Notes: generated by a model from the letters alone, not told the origin. A stretch of DNA of 64,000 bases from Candidatus Sericytochromatia bacterium (GCA_036676985.1 JAKFBU010000039.1:96001-160000); one strand, 5' to 3'; counted from the first letter of the stretch, positions 9,423-18,900 are shown. Translations and numbers: made by a program.

Positions 9423-11228
9423 CTAGCGGACGCGCTGGGCCTTGAGGTCGCCCGCGTTGGCGGCGTCCTGGTAGGCGACCATGGCCGTCCGACCGGCGGG
9501 GTCCACCCCTACGGCCGCAGGTCCCTGGTCGCCAGCACCGGAGGCGATCGCGAAGTTGGCGCCCCACCGGGTGCCGTCGCTGCCCACGTACTGCCCGTAG
9601 ACGTCCGGCGCACCGTTGCGGCCGTCGGTCCAGGTCACGAGGAACTTCTGGCGGTAGGGCTGGTAGGCGAGCCGGGGAGCGCCCTTCGTGCCCGGGCCGT
9701 CGCCCACCGTGAAGGTCGCACCGAGGGCACCCGCGGTGCTCACGCGCCGGGCGACGACCTGCTGGGGGCTCGCCTGGCTCACCCAGGCCACGAGGAACTC
9801 CCCGGTGCCGGTATCCACGGCGATCCGGGGCTCGGCCTGGGGAACGGTCTCGCTGGGCGTGAGGTCGAAGGGTCCAACGACCAATGCGGCCGCCGACGAG
9901 GAGATGAGGCCCTTGAGGCGCCGGACGCCCGAGCTGTCGTCCTCCCAGACCAGGAGCATGCGACCGGAGGCCGGATCGGTCGCGATGACGGGATTCTCCT
10001 GGTTGCCCGACCCGCCGCCCGCCAGCGCCGCGCTGCCCACGGGCAGGCCGTTCGCGGCGAAGCGCAGGCCGTAGACGTCGCTTGTGCCCGTGCGGTTCTC
10101 CGCCCAGACCACCGCGTACTGGCCGCTCGCGGGGTTGAAGGTGAGCCGCGGCTTGGACTGGGGGAAGGCCCCGGTTGCCAGCCCGAAGGTCGTCCCGCTC
10201 AAGGTGCCGTCGGCGTTGACGATCTGGCCCCGGACGTCGCCCGAGTTCACCGCGTCCTCGTAAACGACGGCGTACTGGCCGAGGGTCGAGTTGTAGGCCA
10301 CCTCGGGGTAGCGCTGGTGTCCTGCTCCGTCGGCGATCGTGATCTCCGAGCCGACGAGGCTCCCGGTCACGCCCACCCGCCGGGCGTAGAGGCCGTGGTC
10401 GGAGGCACCCAGGCGATCGTCCTGCCACGCGACGAGGTACTCGCCGGACCCAAGGGCGATCGCGGGGGTCAGCTGGCTGGAGGCGAGGCTCACCCAGGAG
10501 AGGGCCGAGCCCATGAGGCCCAGCAGGGAGAAGCCCGTTCGGCCCGCGAGGGACGAACCCACCTGCAGCTGCCAGCTGGCGATCGACGCGGGGACGTCGG
10601 GCACGGTGGTCGTCAAGGAGCCGCTCGCGGCCGCGCTCACGGTCGCCGAGACGCCGCCCAGGGAGAGCAGATCCTGGCCGGGAAGGACGCTGATGCCCTG
10701 GCCCGACAAGGTGACGGTGTCGCCCACGAAGCCGTAGGCGGGCGAGAAGCCGGCAAGTCCGAGGGCGGGGTACACCTCGATGGGCACGGTCACGGCATTG
10801 GGACCGGCCGCCAGATCGAGGGTCAACGCCTTCTCGCCGACGAGCATGCCCGCGCTCCACAGGCTCACGGTGAGCGTGTAGCCCGGCGCCGGGCGCAACA
10901 GCCCGAAGGCCCCGGTGGCCGTGTAGCCGCCGGAGCCGTTGGGCGTGAGCTGGACGCCTTTGGTGAGGCTCTGAACCCGAGGGGATGACAGCGCGGTCGG
11001 ATGCGTCAGGTGCAGCGTGGCGGTGTCCCAGCTCGCGGGAAGCGCCTGGACGCTGCGCTCGGCGGCACTGATGGCGACCGAGAGGCTCAAGGTGCCCGCG
11101 ACGTCTCGCGTCAGGCTAAGCTCCCTATCGGGCAGGCGCTCGATCGCAGGGAGCTGCAGGACCGCGGGAGGCTGGCAACCTGCCAGCCCCACCACCGTCA
11201 GCCCCAAGAGCCAATGCGGCCTGGCCAT
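9423..11228 (-). CDS. Lipoprotein with IPT domain and C-terminal beta-propeller-like repeats
   Basis: Lipobox LAGC; IPT motif FSPAYGFVGDTVTLSGQG; about 7 repeats of P-x-I/VA...YLVAW..D...V.GQ. Confidence 0.8.
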   Translation of the reverse strand: MARPHWLLGLTVVGLAGCQPPAVLQLPAIERLPDRELSLTRDVAGTLSLSVAISAAERSVQALPASWDTATLHLTHPTALSSPRVQSLTKGVQLTPNGSGGYTATGAFGLLRPAPGYTLTVSLWSAGMLVGEKALTLDLAAGPNAVTVPIEVYPALGLAGFSPAYGFVGDTVTLSGQGISVLPGQDLLSLGGVSATVSAAASGSLTTTVPDVPASIASWQLQVGSSLAGRTGFSLLGLMGSALSWVSLASSQLTPAIALGSGEYLVAWQDDRLGASDHGLYARRVGVTGSLVGSEITIADGAGHQRYPEVAYNSTLGQYAVVYEDAVNSGDVRGQIVNADGTLSGTTFGLATGAFPQSKPRLTFNPASGQYAVVWAENRTGTSDVYGLRFAANGLPVGSAALAGGGSGNQENPVIATDPASGRMLLVWEDDSSGVRRLKGLISSSAAALVVGPFDLTPSETVPQAEPRIAVDTGTGEFLVAWVSQASPQQVVARRVSTAGALGATFTVGDGPGTKGAPRLAYQPYRQKFLVTWTDGRNGAPDVYGQYVGSDGTRWGANFAIASGAGDQGPAAVGVDPAGRTAMVAYQDAANAGDLKAQRVR

Positions 11229-11237
11229 GCGGACCTC

Positions 11238-12380
11238 CTAGTCGACCGTCAGGTTGATGGACGCCGGCTGGACCACGGCCAGGGGCTGGGTCCGGATCCG
11301 GATCAGGTTGTGGCTGTAGGTGTTGTCGTAGTAGCGGTAGATGAGGCGGTAGTTCTCGGAGAGCGCGGTCTCGTCGGCAAACGCGAAGGGGAAGTCGCCC
11401 GAGATGGTGTTCCAGTTGAACGTGCCCGCGAACGTGCCCGAGCCGGTGCGGGTCGCCGCGCCGCGCGCGGGCCAGGTGGCTCCGTCGCCCGAGTCGGCGA
11501 GGCTCGCCCAGGTCACGCCTCGAACGGGCTCGTTGTTGGCGCGCACCCAGTCGGTCAGCAAGGTCTCGCCAGCCAGGAGGTTGGCGCCGGTGGGCGAGAC
11601 GGTGCTGCGGGCGTAGCTCACCACCACCCGGCTCAAAACGCCGGGATCCAGGTCGCCGACCACCGAAACGGTGGAGCCGCCCGCGGTCACGCTCGCCCCG
11701 CCGTTGGCCGAGGAGTCGGCGAGCAGGGGATCCAGTACCAGCGTGTCGCCCGCCACGATGACCGGGGTGCCGGCGGGCCCGCCCAGGGTGCTGTTGTTGT
11801 TGGTGGCCGACGAGCGGATGAAGCCCGTCGTGTCGCTCACGGTGGTGTTGAGCTCCGTGCCGCCCGAGGCCCCCGTGCCGTCCGTGGTCTTCATGGTGAC
11901 GGTGAGCGCGGTGCTCGAGCCGCCGTTGAGCAGGAGGTTGGTCGTGTGGACCGCGACGCTCGTGCCCGTCCCGTTGGCACCCGAGAAGAGGGTGACCTGG
12001 AAGACGTAGTTGCCCGGGCGCAGGTTGGTGAAGGCCGCGGCGTTGGTGGACGAGTTGCCGGCGCCGTCCGTGAAGCCGGTCGCCCGGTTGATGGTCGCGA
12101 CCCGGTCCTGAGTGAGCTTGGCGGTGGCGTCCGACGAGTGAAGGCGCACCACCGCGCTGTCCCACGACGCAGGAAGGGCCTGGGCCCGGTAGCCGGTGGC
12201 GCGGGTCCGGTCGATGAGCGCCACCCGGACGAACGCCGGCTCGAGCGCCGCATCGCCGGAGAGCATCGTGAGCTTGAGCGGGGAGGTGCCCGCGGGCCCG
12301 GGAAACAGCGGCAAGGAGGCGCTGCATCCGCCCAACATCACAGAGAGGGAAATAGGCACGACGATGCGGGAGGATCTCAT
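11238..12380 (-). CDS. Thr/Gly-rich beta-sandwich lipoprotein
   Basis: RBS AAAGGAGA; lipobox LGGC; shares QALPASWD with the neighbouring lipoprotein. Confidence 0.8.
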   Translation of the reverse strand: MRSSRIVVPISLSVMLGGCSASLPLFPGPAGTSPLKLTMLSGDAALEPAFVRVALIDRTRATGYRAQALPASWDSAVVRLHSSDATAKLTQDRVATINRATGFTDGAGNSSTNAAAFTNLRPGNYVFQVTLFSGANGTGTSVAVHTTNLLLNGGSSTALTVTMKTTDGTGASGGTELNTTVSDTTGFIRSSATNNNSTLGGPAGTPVIVAGDTLVLDPLLADSSANGGASVTAGGSTVSVVGDLDPGVLSRVVVSYARSTVSPTGANLLAGETLLTDWVRANNEPVRGVTWASLADSGDGATWPARGAATRTGSGTFAGTFNWNTISGDFPFAFADETALSENYRLIYRYYDNTYSHNLIRIRTQPLAVVQPASINLTVD

Positions 12381-12423
12381 GGCGTGATCTCCTTTCAAGT
12401 AGCGCGATGGGGGTCGCGTTCGG

Positions 12424-12843
12424 TTATTCGAGGATGAGCTGGAACTGGCCCTCGTCCGTGGTCAGGGACAGGCGGATGCGGGCCGCGACGGTGGCACCGG
12501 CCACGATGGTCACCGGCGAGCTGCCGGCTGCCACCACCTCACCCTCGGCGCTGTAGGCCTTGACCACGACGGTCTTGTCGCCAGCGGGCACGCCGGTGAA
12601 GTGGGCTTGGGTCTGCTCCGGGGTAAGAGAGGCCGAGAGGACGGAACCCTTGGGGATCCCCTCGCCGCTGACGCGGATCTCGATCCGGTCGGTGGTGTCG
12701 GGGATGGCCTGGACGGCCCGAGCCGGGAAGCGAGCCCGCATGATCAGCTCGCCATCGGTCCAGTCGGGCGTGGCCGGGTAGTAGGTACACCCCGTCACGC
12801 CCAAGATATTCAAGCTGATCATGAGTAGCGCGATCCGTTTCAT
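12424..12843 (-). CDS. Small single-domain lipoprotein
   Basis: RBS GGGAGG; lipobox VTGC; RAVQAIP motif. Confidence 0.8.
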   Translation of the reverse strand: MKRIALLMISLNILGVTGCTYYPATPDWTDGELIMRARFPARAVQAIPDTTDRIEIRVSGEGIPKGSVLSASLTPEQTQAHFTGVPAGDKTVVVKAYSAEGEVVAAGSSPVTIVAGATVAARIRLSLTTDEGQFQLILE

Positions 12844-12954
12844 CGGGAACCCTCCCTTGACCGCTATTAAAGATCGATTCGCTTAACAATTCAACATATA
12901 TTTTTGTGAAGATTCGACGCAAAGCGTTGGTCATTCCTCACAGGGGCGCAGCGC

Positions 12955-14160
12955 CTAGAAGTGAGCCTGGAGGTAGGGGCCGCCTTCGGTGAACCAAGAG
13001 AACGTTTCGGGTGATTGCTGCGTTCCCACAAGGGCCCGGACGCCGACGCGCAGACCGGGCGCAAGCTCCTGCTCGAGCGCGGAGTAGGCATAGGCACGGT
13101 AGGTGGGCTTCGAGACGATCATGGGGTCCACCCGCTGCACGGTGCCCTGGACCTGGACGTCGGTGGAGGCGAGCTTGACCTGATAGCCGAGGCGCAGGGT
13201 CTGGCCGTAGTAGCTGTTTCGCAGGGCCCGGGCATCCAAGCGCTCGGCCGAGAGCGTGCCGTACCACGTGCCGTTGGCGAACCCCCGGCCGTAGGTGCCG
13301 AGGCCGCCATACAGGTCGGTGTCGAGGAAGCTCAAGGTCTGGAAGGCGTTGGCCGCGCTCACCATCATGGCCCCGCCCTCGAAGACGTGCAGCCATGGGG
13401 TGAGCGGGTGGCTGAGGGCCATGGAGGTCACGAGGCTGCCGTAGTCGAAGCGCGAGTCGGCGAAACGCAGCGTCTGCTGCTCGATGTGGCCGAGCAGGAA
13501 GCCCCTCAGCATGGGCTGGTGGCTCTGGTGGGTGCCCTGGTAGCTCAGACGGGCTCCGCCGAGCGACGGGCCGCGCCCGAAATGGGCGACGTTGCTCGTC
13601 AGCAGCATCTGGGACATGGCCCGCCAGCGCCAGGCCTTCGGGCTCTCGGTCGCAAGGCCGTACGTGGCCTCTCGAGCGCTCGCCGCATAGGGCGCGGCCT
13701 GGTAACGCGCGGCGAAGGGCGGAGCGGCCGGTCGGGCAGTCGGAACCCGCATGCGCACCACCTGGGCCGAGGGTTTCAGCTTGACGCGATAGGTCTTGCC
13801 GACCATCCGCCATGAGGAGAACGGCGAGCCCTTGTGACCCTCCAGCTGCAAGGCCAGGCGCACCCATTTCTTGTCGAGCTGGTTGATGACGAGGCCCGCG
13901 ATGGGTCCGTCGGGCATGTCGCGCAAGGTGAAGTCGCCGACAAAGCGCGCGTTGCGGAAGTCGATGACCCAGGCCCCGAGATCCTTGCGGTAGCAGCTCA
14001 GGGGCGTGATGGGCCCCTTGGCCTCCAGGACGAGCTCGCGAGTGGCCGGATCGTAGCGGAGACGGTCAAGCTCGGTCAGCGCCAGCGAAGCGCTGGCGCC
14101 GACGGCTTCGACCCCCACGAGCAGGAGGCCGATCACTAGGACTTGCGAGGTGCGCTTCAT
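12955..14160 (-). CDS. AMIN-domain plus outer-membrane beta-barrel protein
   Basis: Signal peptide; AMIN-like WVIDFRNA...VRLALQL; alternating beta-strands ending YLQAHF. Confidence 0.7.
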   Translation of the reverse strand: MKRTSQVLVIGLLLVGVEAVGASASLALTELDRLRYDPATRELVLEAKGPITPLSCYRKDLGAWVIDFRNARFVGDFTLRDMPDGPIAGLVINQLDKKWVRLALQLEGHKGSPFSSWRMVGKTYRVKLKPSAQVVRMRVPTARPAAPPFAARYQAAPYAASAREATYGLATESPKAWRWRAMSQMLLTSNVAHFGRGPSLGGARLSYQGTHQSHQPMLRGFLLGHIEQQTLRFADSRFDYGSLVTSMALSHPLTPWLHVFEGGAMMVSAANAFQTLSFLDTDLYGGLGTYGRGFANGTWYGTLSAERLDARALRNSYYGQTLRLGYQVKLASTDVQVQGTVQRVDPMIVSKPTYRAYAYSALEQELAPGLRVGVRALVGTQQSPETFSWFTEGGPYLQAHF

Positions 14161-14187
14161 ATCGCCCTCCGCGCTGCGGGTCCGACG

Positions 14188-14463
14188 CTACTCGACCTCG
14201 ACTCCCAGCCCCCCGATGATGGGGGCCGGCACCGCGTACTGGAGATCCGTGAAGACCTCGGCCGGCAGGAACGGGGGCTGCGCGAGCTCGCGCATCAAGG
14301 CCTCCTGGCTCTGCTCGGCAGGAGACAGCGAGGCAGTGGCCACCCGGGCCTTCGGGGCCTCGAGCGGCTCGGCTCGGAGCGACGGGGCGTACGCCAGGAG
14401 CACCGCCCCCAGTCCCACGGCAGCCCAGCGTGCCAGCAATCCGTCCTTCGTCTCTCTGTCCAC
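14188..14463 (-). CDS. Small exported hypothetical protein
   Basis: GTG 14463 after GGAGG; hydrophobic signal-like segment; directly upstream of the AMIN/barrel gene. Confidence 0.55.
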   Translation of the reverse strand: MDRETKDGLLARWAAVGLGAVLLAYAPSLRAEPLEAPKARVATASLSPAEQSQEALMRELAQPPFLPAEVFTDLQYAVPAPIIGGLGVEVE

Positions 14464-14504
14464 CCTCCACCCCCTCGGCTGAAATTTGTTAAAAGTTACG
14501 AAGA

Positions 14505-14522
14505 TATGTAAAGCACTGTAAC
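14505..14522 (-). promoter_or_regulatory. HLR1/OmpR-type direct repeat (GTTACAGT-GC-TTTACATA)
   Basis: 10-bp-period TTACA repeat in an AT-rich divergent promoter region. Confidence 0.45.
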
Positions 14523-14648
14523 AAGGATCGGCCCGCATGACAAGTAAGGGATCGGGAGGAAAGCTTTAACGAAGCTTGAAAGTGACTTAAGAATCATCCA
14601 CCTTAACAGCCCGATAACACCCGTGTTCCCCTCTGGAAGGAGAGAGCC

Positions 14649-15878
14649 ATGTCCAGCCCGATCTCGACCAGCTCGCGCCAGGTTCCCGTCGCGCCCCAGC
14701 GCCCCGCGGCTCCGGCCCAGCCCCGAGCAGAGATTTGCCGCGTGCAGGGCGACAGCCTGCAGCTCGGACGCCAGCTGCCGCCGTCCCTGATCGAGGCGGA
14801 CCTGCGCATGACCATGACGGGCGGCACGGCCCTTGCAGCCGACGGCACCGTCACCATCCAGAAGGCCTTCGTCGATCGCCTGGTTCGCCACGCCCTGAAC
14901 GGCAGCCAGGACATCAAGGACGCCCGGATCGCCTTCGATGCCCAAGAGGGCGCCTTCTCGGTCCAGGCCAAGGTCGTCGTCAAGGGGATCCAGGTCCCCG
15001 TCGCGCTCAAGATCGCTCCGTTGATCGACCAGAACCAGGTCAGCTTCCAGTTCCGCGAGGTCGCCATCCCCACCCGCTTCGGCTCCGTCGAGCTCGACAT
15101 CATCAAGCGCAAGGCGACCGAGGCGATCGCCAAGGAGCTTCGCTACAACGGCTTCGCGAATACGACCGACGCCAAGCGCGGTGTCGTCCGCATGGACGTC
15201 AACAGCCTGCTCAGCCGTCTGGGGGCGCTGCCCTCGTTCGCGCGCATCGACTTCGACAAGACCCGCCTCTCGCTGGACGTGCAGGCCAACGGCAACATGG
15301 TCGTCGGCATGACGTCTCCCCAGCAGGCCCCCGTGTTGCCCAACACCTCGGCGTCGGACATCTCGGTCTTCGCTGACCAGCAGGCACTGCAGCAGGCCCT
15401 GCGCCAGGCTCTGGCTCCCGACTACGAGCTCCAGAACCTCACGCTCGACCAGGGCCGGCTGAAGCTCGACGGCAAGGCCGAGTTCAAGCAGGGCAGCGAC
15501 GCCATCAACGGCATCAAGGCGCTGGCGCTCATCCTCGCGGTCGCCGCCCGGGACCCCGTGGCCACGCAGATGAACACCAACCCCGAGCGCTTGATGGTGG
15601 GGCTCAGCCTCGACATCAAGCAAGAGGGCACCCAGTTCGTCATCACCCCGAGCATCGGCAAGGCCCTGAGCTCGCTCGAGGAGTCCATCAAGAAGGCCGG
15701 CCTGAATCCGGTCTCGGACGGCAAGAGCATCCGGTTCGACCTCAACGCGGTCTGGAAGGACAACTGCGGGACGATCGACGACCTGACCGTGAAGCGCGAC
15801 GGCGCCGGCGCCCGCATGCGCCTGGACATCGATTCGTTCTTCGATTCGCCTTGGCTCAAGCGGGACAGCAACGCCTAA
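14649..15878 (+). CDS. Hypothetical protein, possibly tubular lipid-binding (TULIP/LmeA-like) fold
   Basis: RBS AAGGAG; good codon bias; no Sec signal; fold assignment is tentative. Confidence 0.65.
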   Translation: MSSPISTSSRQVPVAPQRPAAPAQPRAEICRVQGDSLQLGRQLPPSLIEADLRMTMTGGTALAADGTVTIQKAFVDRLVRHALNGSQDIKDARIAFDAQEGAFSVQAKVVVKGIQVPVALKIAPLIDQNQVSFQFREVAIPTRFGSVELDIIKRKATEAIAKELRYNGFANTTDAKRGVVRMDVNSLLSRLGALPSFARIDFDKTRLSLDVQANGNMVVGMTSPQQAPVLPNTSASDISVFADQQALQQALRQALAPDYELQNLTLDQGRLKLDGKAEFKQGSDAINGIKALALILAVAARDPVATQMNTNPERLMVGLSLDIKQEGTQFVITPSIGKALSSLEESIKKAGLNPVSDGKSIRFDLNAVWKDNCGTIDDLTVKRDGAGARMRLDIDSFFDSPWLKRDSNA

Positions 15879-15891
15879 ACTCCGGCAGCGC

Positions 15892-16533
15892 CTACCGGCT
15901 CGAAACCAGCTCGCTCTCGACGTTCCAACCCGGGATGTTCAGGTCGCTCTTGACGATGCCGACCCCCGGGGCCACCCAGTAGTCTCCAACCGCCGTGTAG
16001 GCCTGCGCATGGGTGCCGATGGCGCTGACCTTGTACGCCCGGTGCGTTCCGGCGCCGACCGTGACCGTCTCCTGGCCCTTGGCCTCACCGATCCACAGGC
16101 CGTCGTCCCACTTGGTACCCGCCGTGAGCGGGAAGCGCAGGAAGTCGAAGCTGTGGCCCTCGACGGTCGCCGCCGCGACGCCCAGGTACTCCACGTCCCG
16201 GATCGTGACCTTGTCCGCGGTCATGGTGACGACCGGGTAGCGGTAGCGGGTGGTGAAGGAGTCGATGGCCCGCATGGACAGGACCGTGGCCGTGCCCTCG
16301 CGACGCACGGACTCGATCTCCATGGTCTCGGTGCCCTCGTAGTCCACGTAGGGATCGTCCGCCGGGTGCGCGACCACCTTGTACTGCCATGTGTGGCCGG
16401 GCGTCGCCGGGAACATGGGGGCCTCGGAGGCGGCCTTCGCCTTCGGGGCGACCGTCACCGTGCGCATGCCCGCAGGCACGCCGCACCCCGCCAGCACCGC
16501 CATTGCCAACCCCGCCGAAAGCCACTGCTTCAT
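15892..16533 (-). CDS. Lipoprotein with DUF3108/TapB-like beta domain
   Basis: Lipobox LAGC; FP..PG.TW.Y, ETVTVGAGT and WVAPGVGIVK motifs. Confidence 0.75.
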   Translation of the reverse strand: MKQWLSAGLAMAVLAGCGVPAGMRTVTVAPKAKAASEAPMFPATPGHTWQYKVVAHPADDPYVDYEGTETMEIESVRREGTATVLSMRAIDSFTTRYRYPVVTMTADKVTIRDVEYLGVAAATVEGHSFDFLRFPLTAGTKWDDGLWIGEAKGQETVTVGAGTHRAYKVSAIGTHAQAYTAVGDYWVAPGVGIVKSDLNIPGWNVESELVSSR

Positions 16534-16553
16534 GGTCGCGCTCCTCTCTAACA

Positions 16554-16568
16554 TTAAGGCCAGTTTAA
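16554..16568. promoter_or_regulatory. TTAA-N7-TTAA operator candidate
   Basis: TTAAggccagtTTAA about 20 bp upstream of the 16533 start. Confidence 0.5.
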
Positions 16569-16694
16569 CAGTTAACCTAAAGACCGGCAAGGCGTTCGTG
16601 AGGCATGCGCGAGGGCTGGCCCAAGAAGTTCTCGGCCCGGGGCTTGGCACCCCGGACACGGGCATGGCCCATGGACATGGAAGGAGGAAGGCCC

Positions 16695-17150
16695 ATGCAT
16701 CTGATCAGCCCGGCGTTCGATCACGGAGCACCTATTCCCCCCGAGCACACCTGCGACGGCTCGAACGTCTCGCCCGAGCTGCGCTGGGACGACGTGCCGG
16801 AGGGGACGCAGAGCCTCGCGCTCATCGCGGACGACCCGGACGCCCCCCGCGGCACGTGGGTGCACTGGGTCCTCTACGATCTGCCCGCCGACGCCCAGGG
16901 CCTCCCCGCTCGGATCCCCGCTGGCAAGACCATTGCCGGCGGCGGCACGCATGGCCGCAACGACTTCCCGGAGCTCGGGTACGGCGGACCCTGCCCGCCT
17001 GGCGGCATCCATCGCTACTTCTTCAGGCTCTACGCGCTGGATCGCACGCTGGAGCTGGAGGCGGGCGCCACCAAGGATCGCCTCCTAGCGGCCATGCAGG
17101 GTCACGTGCTCGCCACCGCCGAGCTCATGGGGACCTACCGGCGGCGCTGA
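16695..17150 (+). CDS. YbhB/YbcL (PEBP) family protein
   Basis: SPELRW, DDPDAP, WVHWVLY, GYGGPCPP and HRYFFRLYALD. Confidence 0.93.
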   Translation: MHLISPAFDHGAPIPPEHTCDGSNVSPELRWDDVPEGTQSLALIADDPDAPRGTWVHWVLYDLPADAQGLPARIPAGKTIAGGGTHGRNDFPELGYGGPCPPGGIHRYFFRLYALDRTLELEAGATKDRLLAAMQGHVLATAELMGTYRRR

Positions 17151-17162
17151 TCACCCCCGAAT

Positions 17163-17192
17163 ACTAACCTATCCTTAACACTATCTTAAGAA
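17163..17192 (+). promoter_or_regulatory. Triple 11-bp-period repeat resembling a cyanobacterial Pho box
   Basis: ACTAACCT-atc-CTTAACAC-tat-CTTAAGAA upstream of a secreted nuclease/phosphatase gene. Confidence 0.55.
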
Positions 17193-17252
17193 GGATTCCC
17201 TTCCGCGGGCGGGATATCCCCCTTGTCCCTGATCGTGGAAGGAGCTGCCGGC

Positions 17253-18212
17253 ATGTCGCTGCGACCCCGTTTCCTCTGGATCTCGCTGGTGGCCCTCAGC
17301 CTCGTGGGCTGCGGCGCGCCCCTCTCCGGGCCGACGGCGGGCACCTCGGCCGAGATGGCGGCCGACGCCAAGCTGCCGCCCGCCGGCAAGTTCAAGCTCG
17401 GGACCTACAACATCGAGAACCTCTTCGACGGCTCCAACACCGTCCTCGACCCCAAGACCAACCCCGCCAAGAGCGACGAGGACAAGAAGCTGCTCGCCAA
17501 GAGCATGCGCTCCCTCAACGCCGACGTCCTGGGCCTGGTGGAGGTCGAGTCGCTGGCCACCCTGCGCCATTTCCGCGACGGCTACCTCGCCGACATGGGC
17601 TACCAGTACATCGCCCTGGTCGAAGGCAACGACATGCGCGGCATCGACGTGGCCATCATGAGCCGCTACCCGATCACGCACATCAAGAGCCACCGCACCA
17701 CCACCTTCGGCGTGCCGGGCAAGCCGGCGCCCGAGCGACTGAGCCGCGACCTCTTGCAGGCGACCATCAAGCCGGGCAAGGGCTATTCGTTCACCTTCTT
17801 CATGACCCACCTCAAGGCCCGCCCCGGCGATGCCCCCTCGGATGCCAAGCGCCACGCCGAGGCTCAGTTCATCCGCCGCGTGCTGCGGGACTTCGAGGAA
17901 GAGCATCCCAACGCCAACTACGCCATGGCCGGCGACTTCAACGATCGACCCAACTCGGAGACCATCCGCTACTTCACGGAGGGACGCGATCGCGACCCCA
18001 AGCTCTTCGACGCCCTGTCGGAGCTTGGCCCCAACGCTTACTCCTACCACCCGATCAAGTACCGCGGCCGGATCGACTACATCTTCCTCTCGGAAGGCAT
18101 CCGCAAGGAATACGTCCCGGGGTCCGCGGCCATCCAGAACACGCCGGAGGCCGTGGAGGCCTCGGACCACCTGCCCGGCAGCGTCATCATCGACGCGACC
18201 CGTGACCTCTAA
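17253..18212 (+). CDS. Endonuclease/exonuclease/phosphatase-family lipoprotein
   Basis: Lipobox LVGC; TYNIENLFD, ADVLGLVEVE, AGDFND, IDYIF and SDHLP. Confidence 0.9.
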   Translation: MSLRPRFLWISLVALSLVGCGAPLSGPTAGTSAEMAADAKLPPAGKFKLGTYNIENLFDGSNTVLDPKTNPAKSDEDKKLLAKSMRSLNADVLGLVEVESLATLRHFRDGYLADMGYQYIALVEGNDMRGIDVAIMSRYPITHIKSHRTTTFGVPGKPAPERLSRDLLQATIKPGKGYSFTFFMTHLKARPGDAPSDAKRHAEAQFIRRVLRDFEEEHPNANYAMAGDFNDRPNSETIRYFTEGRDRDPKLFDALSELGPNAYSYHPIKYRGRIDYIFLSEGIRKEYVPGSAAIQNTPEAVEASDHLPGSVIIDATRDL

Positions 18213-18260
18213 TCCCATCCGCCCGGGGCCTGCCAGGACGAACCTGGCAGGCCTCTTCCT

Positions 18261-18560
18261 TTAGACCCTGAGGCGCGCCTGTTCCCAGGTGAAGAAGCGC
18301 TTGAGGAGGGTCCTCAGCACGACCATGACGGCCAGTCGCGCGAGGTGGTCCCAGCTGGGGACCGCCATCGCCGTGAGCAGGGTGCCCGCCAGCTTGAAGG
18401 AGAGGCCCATCACGGCGCCCTCGGCGACCAAGAGTCGGGCCGTCTGGATGCCTTGCGGTCGCGCGACGCTCCAGAGGGCCGCCATGCAGTAGCCTACGAC
18501 CCAGAGGGCCCCGATGAATTCCAGGAGGGCGGCTCCGTTTGCCACGGTGAGCTCAGGCAC
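18261..18560 (-). CDS. DUF1622-like small membrane protein
   Basis: GLSFKLAGTLL...PSWDHLARLA..VVLRT; paralog of the upstream gene. Confidence 0.75.
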   Translation of the reverse strand: MPELTVANGAALLEFIGALWVVGYCMAALWSVARPQGIQTARLLVAEGAVMGLSFKLAGTLLTAMAVPSWDHLARLAVMVVLRTLLKRFFTWEQARLRV

Positions 18561-18900
18561 TTGGAGCGCGCCCCTCGGCGTGCTCGATCTCGCGCTGCAG
18601 GAAGAAGTTGAGGGCCGTTCGGATCACGATGATGGCCGCCAGTTGGCCGATCTCGTTCCAGGTCGGGGCCACGGCCGTCCGGAGGATGTCCGCGGCGAGC
18701 TCGAACTCCAGGGCCAGGGCGAGCCAGCGCCCCAGATCCAGCCGGATGCCGTTGATGTCGGCGGCGGACCAGGGTCGCTGGAGGTAGGTGCGAACGGCGC
18801 GTACGGTGGTCATGAGGGCGGCCAGGCCGATGATGAGCGCGGCGCTCAGCTCGACCCCGGCCGCCAGGTAGAGGCTCCACTGCTTGAAGTACGCGAGCAC
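18553..18900 (-). CDS. DUF1622-family membrane protein
   Basis: LGRWLALALEFELAADILRTAVAPTW...IRTALNFFL; GTG start at 18900. Confidence 0.85.
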   Translation of the reverse strand: MLAYFKQWSLYLAAGVELSAALIIGLAALMTTVRAVRTYLQRPWSAADINGIRLDLGRWLALALEFELAADILRTAVAPTWNEIGQLAAIIVIRTALNFFLQREIEHAEGRAPSA

